Positions 13,434 to 25,339 of a stretch of 64,000 bases of DNA are shown here, piece by piece. The translations under genes and the position numbers were made by a program. The DNA comes from Nymphaea colorata. Taxonomy: Eukaryota. The notes beneath the pieces were generated by a model. It did not search any database. It saw nothing but the letters and a program-made list of their open reading frames with translations, and was not told the origin of the DNA. Location: positions 7,440,001-7,504,000 of the forward strand of contig NC_045138.2 in the NCBI RefSeq assembly GCF_008831285.2. The letters are read 5' to 3'. Numbering within the stretch: position 1 is the stretch's first letter; each line of letters begins with the position of its first letter.

Positions 13434-16400
13434 CTACATCACAAGGGTGCGCCATTTTTGGACCTGCACTCATGTTGATGCGATGCAGGTGTGGGTGTGG
13501 ATACGACCCAGATTCGCACCCAATCAAATCTAAGGTGAGTCGGGTGCAATCAACAACACCATGTCTATTTCGGTCCATTTTTTTGGATTTTTTTTTTAAC
13601 AAAATTGATTTAGGACACGAGATCATGCCCTTTGCCCCTTCCTGCTTCTCCCTCTCTCCATCCACTATGATCATCTCTTCTATCAGCAGCATCCTCTCCG
13701 TCCAGTGACTGGCATCCTCTGCTATCTCCGATTTCTACCTCCATTGGCGGCATCATCTCTGTCCGGCGTCTCTCTTGTCTCTCCAATTTATCCATCCGCT
13801 GCTCTCTCTCCATCGGCAGTCGAACGTGTCCTCCACCAGCAGCATCCTCTCCTCCACCGGCGACATCCGCTCCATCTGGTGGCATCCTCTCACATCTTTT
13901 CACTTCTTCTTCTGTTCTTGACTCACAATTCACGAACGAAGCTGCATCATCTTTGTCCAGCGTCTCCACTGATGTGATTTCTTGTGCAGTTATGCTATGT
14001 CCCTGTACAATCAACATCTTAGTTTATATTGCATATCTCAACTTTAGTTTAAGTCAGCCTTGTTTGTTTTTAATTTTAACGGTAGAGGTAAACTCTCTCC
14101 CTCACTCTGCCGTAGGCAGCATAGCCTCGTCATTGTCGTCAAGTTTTAATGACGTTTCTTATTTCTTTTGTTTTATATTGATGAAGTAGAGTCTCTGCTA
14201 GTTTCTTTGAATTGCTCGATGTCATTATGACACCATGCAGGAATTCAAAGTGATACCTTTACTTTCTTGTTCATTTCTATTGTTGTTATTATTTTTGTTT
14301 TAATAGGCCACAGCGCCACTCTTAGATTGTTTCTCTACCGCTCTTAGATCGTTGTTATTATTTTTGTTTGACCATGAATCAGGTTGTGTACTTGTGTTAT
14401 TCAAATGCATTTGCATTTGTCCATTTATGATTAAAAGGCAACTATGCAGACTATCTATTCTTAAAGTTGAACTAAATTTGTGCAACTGACTCATTAAATT
14501 TGTTATATTTGAAAATTTTCATTTTGAAGGTAAAACCATAAAAGATGGGAAATAGAAAAAATAGTTGTTTCAGATTCTCCTATAGTAAGTTCCTCATCTA
14601 ATGTGAATGTGGATGATATTATTGTTTCAAAGTCTTCTACACTACCTGGTGCAGCATATGCAACTGCAGAACAACCACTATGGAAAAAAATGAAAGCGGT
14701 CACTAAGGATGTAGGCAGTGGTGGTGGAAATGTGCATTTTATATGTGGATATTGTGAAACTACATTTGTAGGATCTTACACAATAATTGAGGCACATCTA
14801 TTGAAGTTGTCAGTTTTTGGAATTCGAGCATGTAAAAGCGTTTCCATAGAAAAAGCTGGAGAGTTGAAGAAGTTGCAAGGTCGTGCTAATGCAATCCACA
14901 ACAAGAAAAAAACAAGTATTATTATGACAAATACTAGCCTGCCTCCTAAGAGTTCTGATAAAAAAAGAAAGACTATAGAGACATGTTTTGATTGTCATGG
15001 AAGGACAAAATTAGATAAATTGATTGCTAAGTTTTTTTGTTCTAGCTGCATTCCATTCAATGTAGCTAGAAATCCATATTGAAAGAAGTATAGTACTATG
15101 CTTGCAAATAGCAAATTATCAGGATATATATCTTCCAGTTCAGAAAGGTTGCGAACATCACTTCATAAGGATGAAAGGAGCAAGGTTGAGCAAAGTTTAG
15201 AAGGAAAAAATTTTAAATGGAACATGACTAGGGTATCAATTGTTTCTGATGGGTGGATAGACATTAAAAGATGTTCAGTAATTAATTTTATTGCCATTGC
15301 TTGTGATAAACTAATATTTTTGAAGGCAGTTGATGCATTTGGAGAATATAAAGATGCCGAATATTTGAAGCAATTATTGTAAAAGCCATAAAAAAGGTTG
15401 GTCCTGATAAAGTGGTGTAGCTCATTACAGACAATGTTGTTGTATGTAAAAATGCTGGACCTAGTTTGAGGTGTGATTTTTCATATATTTTTTGGACTCC
15501 ATGTGTTGCACATACTTTGAATTTAGCATTGAAGGACATATGCAATTCTCCAAGTCAATATGAAGATGCTAAGGGACATGAGTTATTCTCATAGATTCAA
15601 GAGATTGAAAAAGATGTAAGAAATATTAGAAATTTTATCATCAATCACCAACATGCATTGTCGCTTTTTGGTAGTTATTCTGATTTGAGATTGTTCAAAT
15701 TTGTAGAGACACAATTTGCTTGAGTAGTTTTCATGTTGAAAAGAATTCAAAGAGTGTGAAATGCACTTATTCAAATGGTGGCTAGTAGAGAGTGGAGCTT
15801 TTATCGGGTTGAAGATGAGGCTAAAGCTCAAATTATTGAAAACCTTATTGTTGAAGATAAATGGTAAGATAAAATTGCATATTTTTTACATTTTACACAG
15901 TCAATTTGGTGCATGTTGAGAGCCGTTGATAAAGATGAGCCTATGCTTCATAAAGTTTATGAAATGTGGGATTGAAAAAAATTCAGTGTATAATTTTTAA
16001 GAAAGAAAAAAAAAGACATTGCATTTGATAATTCAGAGTTCTTTGATCACATACGTACAATATTAGTTGAAAGATGGGATAAGAACAATACTTCCTTGCA
16101 TTCTCTTTCTTTAAATCCCAAATATTACACTAAAAAATGGATTGAAGGAGCTCCAGGATGTGTTACTCCAAATCTAGATAGTGTGTTATCTATTCAAAGA
16201 ATATCATGTATGAAAAGACTTTTTTAAGATTCTTATACCAGAAGACAAGCTATTTGTGAATATTCAAAGTTTTCTTTAGAAGATTTTAGTTCTAAAGGCG
16301 CAGCAGGAACAAGAGAAGATGATGACATAAGTTCTTTTGATTGGTGGGCGTCCTATGGATCAGAAATGCCTGTGCTTCAAAAACTTATTTTGAGATTACT

Positions 16401-17163
16401 ATCACAACCTGTTACATCATTGTGTTGTGAAAGAAATTGGAGCATATACGGTCATATACGCAACATTAAAAGGAACAAGCTCACTAGCCAACATACAAAG
16501 GACTTGGTTTATGTGGATTCTAATTGGCGTCTTCTTTCAAGGAAAAGAAAAGAATGCAGGTATTTTTTTATTATGTTGTTTTGCTTTGGTCAATTTCTTA
16601 TGTTGTATTAGACTTTTTATATTTTTGTGGTAAATATTTTTATTGTTTAAATTTCATCTTTAATAAAATGTAGTTGTGGATCATCTCAATATTGGGATGT
16701 AGATCCAGATGAATTTGATTTCGATGAAGAATGCAATTTATATACTGTAACATGGATTTAGCCGATCCTATTATACTTTCTAAGGAGTTTGATGATGATG
16801 ATATTATTGAAAGCATTGAAGAAAATCAAGATATTGGTGGAATTGGATATGGAACGCAACTCTAATTGATGATGGGTGAAGTATGGCTGTATGAACTGTG
16901 AACTCAAAACTAGAGTATATTTCTTGTTGAATTGATGATTGATAATGATATCATGATTAGCAAATTGTAATTTTTATTTTGTTATTTAATAATTTTGTGG
17001 TTTTAGAAAATTTTTTGTCATATATATTATATATATAATATATTATAATAATATAATAATAATAATAATAATAATAAGTGCCCTTGCAGCCCTGATGCAC
17101 CTAAATTTTTTGAGATGTGCCGCACCGGCATAGGCATCCGCACCCCACACATATGTGACATAG
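13434..17163 (+). mobile_element. Full-length but degenerate hAT DNA transposon
   Basis: TIRs CTACATCACA / TGTGACATAG; 8-bp TSD GTTGGAAG (13426-13433) / GTTGCAAG (17164-17171); internal transposase. Confidence 0.9.
14545..16865 (+). pseudogene. hAT transposase pseudogene (BED finger, DUF659/RNase H-like core, dimerization domain)
   Basis: FICGYCETTFVGSY..IEAHL; IPFNVARNPY; SIVSDGW; ITDN; FWTPCVAHTLNLALKDI; LLSQPVTSLCCERNWS..KRNKL; many stops and frameshifts. Confidence 0.92.
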
Positions 17164-17851
17164 GTTGCAAGCTGCTATGAAAGAGCATTATCAACTTCAT
17201 GGCGTTGGTGATGTTAGTATTGTTGTTTATGAATGTCTGATCATATACCTATGCAAAAGAAACCATATAAACTTTACCAACAATCACACTCACAACTTTA
17301 ATATGTTAATGCTAGCCACAATAGAGTGTATAGCTTTTAAGGGAAAAACATAGAGTTAGCATTACGACAATGGACTGTCTAGAAAATCAAGGTTTATAGA
17401 GACAGGCAGCACACAGTGGAACAACACACAATGGAATGAAAACCTGCTTAACATAAAAGTATGAAGGTTACATCATTTGTATCTTTCCCCAAGTCTTTAA
17501 ATCTTAATCGCTATTCTGGAGCACAAATCTAGATAAATCTATGTTGTCTTTGAAGAAAATGTGTATGTAGCTATAAAGAAAAACGAACAACCAGAGTGGT
17601 GCTTCCCAGCCCTCATTCTTAACTAGTCATAACTACATATCTAACATCATAAACCACAAGAAGAAAAAGAAGAAGAGGATGAAGAGAGGAGAGCTGAGAA
17701 ATCAAGAGTGAGACAGAGTGGTGATGGATTTCTCTTGGTTTTTCCAAGTCATGGGCTTCTCGAGCATATAGATACCACTCATTGCGCTTCCTGTCCACTT
17801 TCCTCAAGGATTCATGAACAATAAAAACAAACTAAGAACTACTTCAGCATA

Positions 17852-17951
17852 GAGAAGGGGCTTGAATGGGTGAACACCACGGAGAGCCTCAAGGATCTGA
17901 TAAAGAGGCATTACCCAAAGATTACAGAAACATGGCTGAACAGCTCTAGTG
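17852..17951 (+). pseudogene. Isolated fragment of an alpha-dioxygenase C-terminus
   Basis: Translates EKGLEWVNTTESLKDLIKRHYPKITETWLNSSS, matching from memory the plant alpha-DOX end KKGLEWVNTTESLKDVIDRHYP..W.NSSSAF. Confidence 0.8.
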
Positions 17952-18239
17952 GAAGGTTTTAGACCATTCAGGTTCCCCTGTTAAGAAGGTGGAGAAGGAT
18001 CCGTGATGGATGTAAAACGAGAGAAAGATGGATGTGGAGAAACCTTAGCACTCTCACCATCCATAAATCCTTGGAGACGCTTGGAAGTTTTTGGCTGTCA
18101 TTCAGGTTTCAAGCTAGTCGCCCATTTTTTCTCTCATTTGAAACCTAAAAAATTGTTCCTTTGGTGTTGGGAGGCATAGAGAATATGTGTTTGAGGAAGA
18201 AACGAGAGAGAGAGAGGCAGACAACCAAGAATCTCCAAT

Positions 18240-18460
18240 AACGTACCAACGACGTACATGAAATGGCCAATAAAAAGGATTTTTTTTTTTAAGAAGCAAA
18301 GGGCAATCGGCAGGAAGCTTTTTTATCTCCATTTTTTATTTTTTTTTTAATATATGCTTGATTTCTTACTACTTTTCAAATTTTATTTTTTATAACCAAA
18401 ATGCATTTCAAATTAGGTGTGCTTGGGCCCATTTCAAATTTAGTATGAAAAATTAAATAT

Positions 18461-18530
<70 letters not shown>

Positions 18531-19415
18531 TTTCAAGGAGTTGAGTTTTTTTGACCGAATTTGACTATAAATTGCTTTATATTTTGAACTTTTAGATTTT
18601 CATATTTTATTTTTATCAACAAATATTTATTACTTAATTTCACCTGGTTGGTTAAGATGTTTTGACTATTAGCTTATTAATTTTTTCAATAAGTTCTTCA
18701 TGCTCATAATTTTTCATATTTGATTTTTATGTCTTCAAGTTGTTTAAGGACGTGTTATATTATTTTCATATACATTCTTTGATAATTTTTTTTTAAAATA
18801 CTTGTGGAAAACAACTAGTATATTGAACATTGATTGATCTATTTAACAACTAGGATATTTGACTTTCTTACATTTTCCATATTAACAGTGTATATTGAAC
18901 ATTGATTAATCTATTTTTAAAAAGTAACATATTTGAATTGAGTAAACTATTATTTCATGATGATCTCTTATTGAGAATTATTAAATCAGGTGACCCATAT
19001 TATTTCTTATTTAAAAAACATTATTAAAGGTTTTTTTCTCATTTCGTTGAGTTAATTGAAATAATTTGTGTTACATCCATAAAAAAGTATTCAATGATAT
19101 ATCAGATAATTTATTAATCATCTTAGCTTTATTGCAATAGGTGTTTTTTCTTTACATAAAATTGTATATTTAATCCAATGATATATCAGATAATTTATTA
19201 AATCGAACAATTTGTTGTTTTTATACTAGTTAAAGGTTTTTGTTTTCAAATTTATGAATTATGCGTTATATATCAAATAACTAAGACTTTTTGATAAATT
19301 TTATGATTATACAAAATAATTTACTTGATTTATTAAATAAGTAATTGATAATTTAATAAATAAAACTCTTTTATGAGTTCAGCACTTTTTTCATATTAAA
19401 TATATTTATTTCAGA
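18240..19415. repeat. AT-rich dispersed repeat (relatives at ~3040-4620 and ~42640-44380)
   Basis: Shared strings such as TTGATTTCTTACTACTTTTCAAATTTT, ATTAGGTGTGCTTGG.CCCATTTCAAATTTAGTATGAAAA, AAATCAGGTGACCCATATTA, TAGTTAAAGGTTTTTGTTTT. Confidence 0.75.
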
Positions 19416-20712
19416 TTATGCATAGTGAAGGTGCTTTCAACTTAAAATGAATATCATAATGCGTTTAAGATTCTGCATTTATTATAAAACATATTCTCTT
19501 TTAAATTGACTTTAAAAAAGTATATTTTTTTGCTATCATTATCAGTTATCAGTTTCTATCCAAATTATAAGTTATCTTTTAAAAATGACAATAACGTTAT
19601 GAATGTTATGGTGCTGTATCTTTCAATTTAAATGTGATTTCATAGTGAAAAAAAGATTGAACAGCTTCACACATGGTAACCCCTGCACTTCTTGAATGTT
19701 TCCTTCACATAGAAAGGATGGACTACCGGTCTTAAATAGTAAATGCCAGCATTTGGAGCTGTTCAAGACAACAATGTTTTTAAGACATAATCAAATGGGT
19801 TGTGCACCTTGTCATCAAAACTATTTGCAGTCAATATTTCAATTTATCATTCTAATTGGAAATAAATGATGCATATAAATACAAAACGATAACAAATTGA
19901 CACAATTTTTATCACAATAAAGCATTTCAGTGGAATTATCAAACAATGAGTGGTTCTCCACTTTAGATAGGAGCCCATGACGTCCTGACTATCGTACAGG
20001 TGTTGGAAATACCAGAGCGAATAGAGATACTAAAAAACAAAAGCACCAAAGAGAAAGTAAAATATGAAAACTTCACCTGCTTCTCAGTTGGTTCCCAGAT
20101 TGTAACTAGACCTCTCCTACAAGGCCTTGTGATGTTGCAAGTCCTGGGAGTCATGCAACTACCCCCGTTTGATTCATTACAACAAAAGAACTCATGATTT
20201 CATCTCCTATAATATAGAATTTCATTCACTTGATTCACCACTCTTCAAGTAATAAGTGGTCAAGAACCTAAACACCACTGCACGTGCATCCTACACAAGA
20301 ACAAATAAGATCTATAAATATGTATTTAGAAAGTTCATTATAATGCCAAGATTATAGAAATTTCATATGCTTACTAGTAGAAGAAGGGTTCACCCTGTTT
20401 GTTAATCAATCAAGAGGTAATACTCCATATACAGATTCATGCAGTTGATGCTCGACACAAAATAATGTCAACAAGTACATGATAAATCAACAAAATTGAA
20501 TTACAGATCAAGCACTCACAAGTGCACTCAAATTAACAAAATGCACACAAACTAACACTACATATCCACCGTAGAAATACATAACTTGGATTAATGCTAT
20601 ACAATCTATTTGATGACCAACACACTCTGTAGTCACAACCATAATTTAGCAGTCTCCAACATATGAGTTACCATTTATATTGTTAGTTCAGGTACAATAG
20701 TCCAGTACCCAT

Positions 20713-21058
20713 CTAGTATATGAGTCTCATGAGTATAGATGCAACAAAAAAAATAGTTAAACACAAAACAAGTAATCCAACATTTGTGGTTGCACTTTTG
20801 TTCAACAAACTTCATATCTTGTAGTTCTTACTTTGTGATGACAATGTCAATGTCAGTAGGCCTATCTACTTGCTTGTCATACTTCATGTTGAGATACTCA
20901 TTCATGTGATGGTCTGCTGCTTCAAAAGTATTGAACGATCTAAAGATGGCACCCTTGTATCGATATACTAAAGGTTGGCAATGCTCCCAACTATCATATA
21001 TGTCTTGCGACCTTCCTTCAAACACCACATAGTATTTCTAGTGATGCTTCAACTTCAT
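20713..21058 (-). pseudogene. Small ORF remnant: RNase H1 N-terminal / caulimovirus viroplasmin-like domain plus C-terminal hydrophobic tail
   Basis: MKLKHH*KYYVVFEGRSQDIYDSWEHCQPLVYRYKGAIFRSFNTFEAA fits the KYYAV..GR..GIY.SW..C...V..Y.GA..KSF.T.EEA pattern; after a stop and frameshift, VGLLVLCLTIFFVASILMRLIY*. Confidence 0.75.
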
Positions 21059-21159
21059 TGTCCTATTCAAAACAAAATAGATGTCAAACATAATTATGCA
21101 AATATAATCAATTGATAAAAAAACTTATTATTCAAGTGATAATCTATAAACATTTTATA

Positions 21160-22445
21160 GTTGTTCTCATAGAATCGTTGCTTCCTCACTGATGTGTTTG
21201 TCTTGCATTTCAGGTTCGCTTACAAAACCATTATCATCTGAAGGAGCGTCTTCGTCAACAAATTGTTCGGCATTTGGATTCTATTCAATTATGAAATTGT
21301 GTAATACACATGTAGCAAGAAGAATTAGAACTTGATTTTGGATTAGAACTTGATTTTGGATTAGATATTGCACTTGCATTTTCAATATTAGAAGCCATCC
21401 TTTCAACATGTCGAAAGTTCTTTCTACTGCGTTTCAGAGTGATGAATACCTATGGCTGAATAATTATTTAGGAGTTTTAGGTCTATATGCACTAGGCGCA
21501 TTAAACTCAGACATATGATAACGTTGCCCCCGATAAGGTGTTATCGAAACAACAATATTTGGATAACCTCCATCAACAAGATAATATTTTCCTACAAGTA
21601 AACACAAATTCTTCAAACCTTGTTGATTGCCTATACAAATGTATGCAATGTTTGATGGAAGTACGTACCTTGTGGAACAACAAATAGGTCGGTTAGTTAG
21701 ATGATTAAGTGCATTGTATAGTACTCTTGAGTCTATCACACTTTCTTTCCATCCTGCTAAGTCTCAGTGGAATCGAGTGTCGAATCCAAGTACAACCATG
21801 ACATTTTGAGAGATGACTCTTTTTCTATTGCGAAATTTTATTTGATTTGATGCTGAGACACATGTAGGTACATGGGTGCCATCAATTGCTCATAACAATT
21901 CTATATGCATATATGCAAGTTAGACATATTGCTTGTGTCATGGTAAGTTTATGATTATGAAATTACCTGCAAATATGGGAAGAACTGTTCAGACCATCGA
22001 ATATCAGTTAGCATGCCATTGTTGGGCCCCTGGATGACACATATTGCTCATAGGACAAGACTGACATATTTACTTATTGTGTGTCCAAAATGTTGAAACA
22101 TATTTTGAGTGGCACGATTATGTTCATTATGTCCAATGGTCAATAAAAAAATAGCTACTTTTTCTTATATGCTAATGTCACGAGCATCCTCCAATAAATT
22201 CCTAATTCTTAGAGTATTACATAATGTCATACATGTGCATAGATCCATACGAAATAACTCCAGACAATTTCTAGGATGACCTTGAAGCATGAGTTGGACA
22301 AATAGAGGACCAGCATCTCTAAACAGATAAACAACCCTCCTAATTTGAGGCAATCGCCTTAACCAAAACAAGATGAAGACAAACACTAGCCGAATCAAAT
22401 AACGCTCTTGTTCTTTGTCATCATCAAACATGTCCATATCAACCA
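21160..22445 (-). pseudogene. PIF/Harbinger DDE transposase (DDE_Tnp_4, HARBI1-like), degenerate with introns
   Basis: GHPRNCLELFRMD, AIDGTHVP, KYYLVDGGY, TPYRGQRYH, NAVERTF..LK motifs; stops and frameshifts. Confidence 0.9.
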
Positions 22446-22669
22446 TTTCAACTAAACTGCATGACCCAAAATAGCAAAAAAATATTGAAGAACTTTTTGA
22501 CAAAAAAATATACAAGCATGTTGAAAAAGCCATTGAACGTGTGAACACCAAATGAACAACACAACTTCATCGAAGAACAATGAACACACAAGAAATGTTG
22601 AAACACATCAAATATACAAATAATGAACCATTCAACATATAATTAACAATCAACTCTTACCTACGGATC

Positions 22670-23650
22670 AGCAAATTTACGTGTCAACCATGACCCCTGC
22701 TTTGAAGGTGGAAGGTTGACAAAGATTATGTGGTTGGTGCCATCCGCTAACATGTCAATACTCTTCACGTGTGTATCACAATCTATTTTGTCCAATCTCA
22801 ACTAACTCTTGAAGTATGTTGCAACAAGTGACAAGTTGAACCCCTCTACATGCACGTGTCATGGTCTTCACATCATCTACAATACTTTGCAACAAATTAT
22901 AGTACTTTTCAACATACATTGACCTGGTCCTTCTACACCTACTTGTAGTCATATTGGCTGTGATTGTGGGATCTTGAGAAGTAGGAGTTGGAGATATTGG
23001 TAATTGTATGAGAGGACTATCCTCATGAAGCATTTGTGTGAATGGTTGTGAACATTTAGATTGCTTGCAAAATGATGTCAATTGGGATGCAGGTATAATT
23101 AAGGTAAGGTTCAGTGTCGTCATCTAAGAACATGTTGTTGCATGTGTTTGCATCCCAGTTGCATGGGAATCACTATATACCTCGAAAACTCCTCATAGTA
23201 CCTCTATACTTTTGGACCTTTGTACCTTTTTCTATTTAGGTATTTTTGAAAATATTCATGTGTTCAAATTTTGCACAAATAACGACATGTGAGACATAAC
23301 CTAAAATTATGATTTTTATAACATGCCTCAATGTAGTCACTCTAAACTTCGGGATCAACATCAATGCATTTGTTAATGGGGTCATACCCAAACCCACTTG
23401 CATTTAATATTTCCTTCATAACTGTCAAGTTGGGTTTCACATACTTCAATTTGTTTTCAATTTTGTCCTTAGTGAATTTCTTTCCGTAGTGGTTTATCAC
23501 TTTTTTCAATTGTTGTGTAGGCTTTTGACTTTAAACCTCCACCTGATTTCATACCAAGAATGCGTGATTGCTCTAGAAAAAGCTGGACTAAGTAGTCCAT
23601 CTATGCTTCAGTTCACTTAAGATTCACCTTGATGAACCACTATCTTCCAT
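22670..23650 (-). pseudogene. PIF/Harbinger Myb/SANT-like ORF, degenerate
   Basis: GMKSGGGLKSKAYTTIE, KIENKLK, SGFGYDPINKCIDVDPEV; homologous to 36319-37323. Confidence 0.85.
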
Positions 23651-25339
23651 GGTAATAATTTGCACAATACTCCCTCACAATTACAATTTTCAGTATGACG
23701 GTGTATGTATAAGTAAGTTTGACAAATAATCAAATTTATTATGGTAAACTGACTACTATCAATTGGAGCATGAACAACAATTATACTACAATACTAACTT
23801 GCATTTTCGTGCCAACTGAAAATTGTTAGCTAGTATAGCTATTTAACTTGAAAAGTAAGGGCTAAGATAAATAAACAAATAAATAAGTACATAAACAATC
23901 ATACTACAATACTAACTTCTGCATTCACAAAAAGTTGAGTCTTCAATAAATTTCCTTAGTAGAAACATTCATGAAAATCCAAAAGACTTACTAAAAACAT
24001 TCAAAACATTATAACGTTAAAATATAATAGATAACATGTTTTCTAAAAAGCACACCAAAAGCAAGATGTTTCTGTTGTGAACGTATCTGAAAGAATATAA
24101 ATACATTATGATCATTACAATATGATAAAATCAGTTTGTTAAATATGCTCTGACATTACAGGCAATGGCTCTCCAATTTATTTAGTTTGGTAACTTGTGT
24201 TCATCCATATGCACAAAATGGATGTCATTCATTATGGACATTCACAAGTAAATCAATCTGTATGTTAAGAGGTTGTACTGGAAGTCTGACCTTTCTAGTG
24301 TTGTAGTTGGCAGCAAGCAGCTTATTGTCTAATTGAGTTAATGAAGCACCAACACAAAGTAGTTTCTAGTTAAATCAAAGAGCAATTTTTTAATGTTTTA
24401 GACAGGTGAATCCTTCAAAATCAAACATTAAGGAGGAAGTCAAGAATAATATTATACAGTCAATCAAACAATGGATGGATGGTCTACATAAGACAAAGTG
24501 CCTCTGAACAGCCAACACCCTGATTCAGTTACACAGGATTTTTGTATCATGAATAACTTATTCCATCACAGTTGTCCTAAATGAAAGGAAAGTCATGAAT
24601 ACCCAGGCCTAAAAATTTAGTTTGTAAAAACACTTTACTTAGTGTTATAGTATTAAGCATAGAATGGTCACTTAATATATTTTATTTTTTTGGTCCATGA
24701 AGTGTGAACTATTTTATTAACTTAGGCAATAATTTTGTAAATCTTAAACATTAGGCGGCTGTTTCTAAGGACATCAAGTAGGAACTAGTTTCCGTAAATT
24801 TCTCTATGTAGAGAGATGACATTATTTCCAATACCATTAAATCCAGTTTTATGACCAACTCGTTCAATGAAAGCATAAATATAAAAGGCATCACTGTTGA
24901 GATAACTCAAGGAATCCGATCATGATATGCATGAGGTATAAGATACCATTTCATGCTTGAACATTCACATTTCACTTGATAGAACTTTGGAACCAGCCTT
25001 CTTGCTTGAACCACTCAAGTTTGGCTTCAGAGACAATTTTTTGTTAATTTAGAATAATGGTTGTGCCAAAAAATTGAAACACAACAAGGCCATTGGGAGC
25101 CAATTAAGTGATGCTTCACAAAGCTAACTTTGACTCTACTCCAACTCATTTGCATCTATAATCACTAGAGACTGGAATTTTCTTTGCATACATAAAAGAA
25201 GCATTACTAACAATACAATCCCTATCATATCTTATAGGTCAATAGAAGTGTTGGTACAAGAAGGCAAAAAAAACATAATAGCAAATTGAAAAGCACATTA
25301 ATGATGAAGCAACTCCATTGTTGTCTAAGTAAGTAAAAA

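Noticed and set aside
19680..20200. Exon-like segments with splice signals (also 35450-35860, 40620-41930)
   Set aside because: No recognisable protein motif in the frames I translated.
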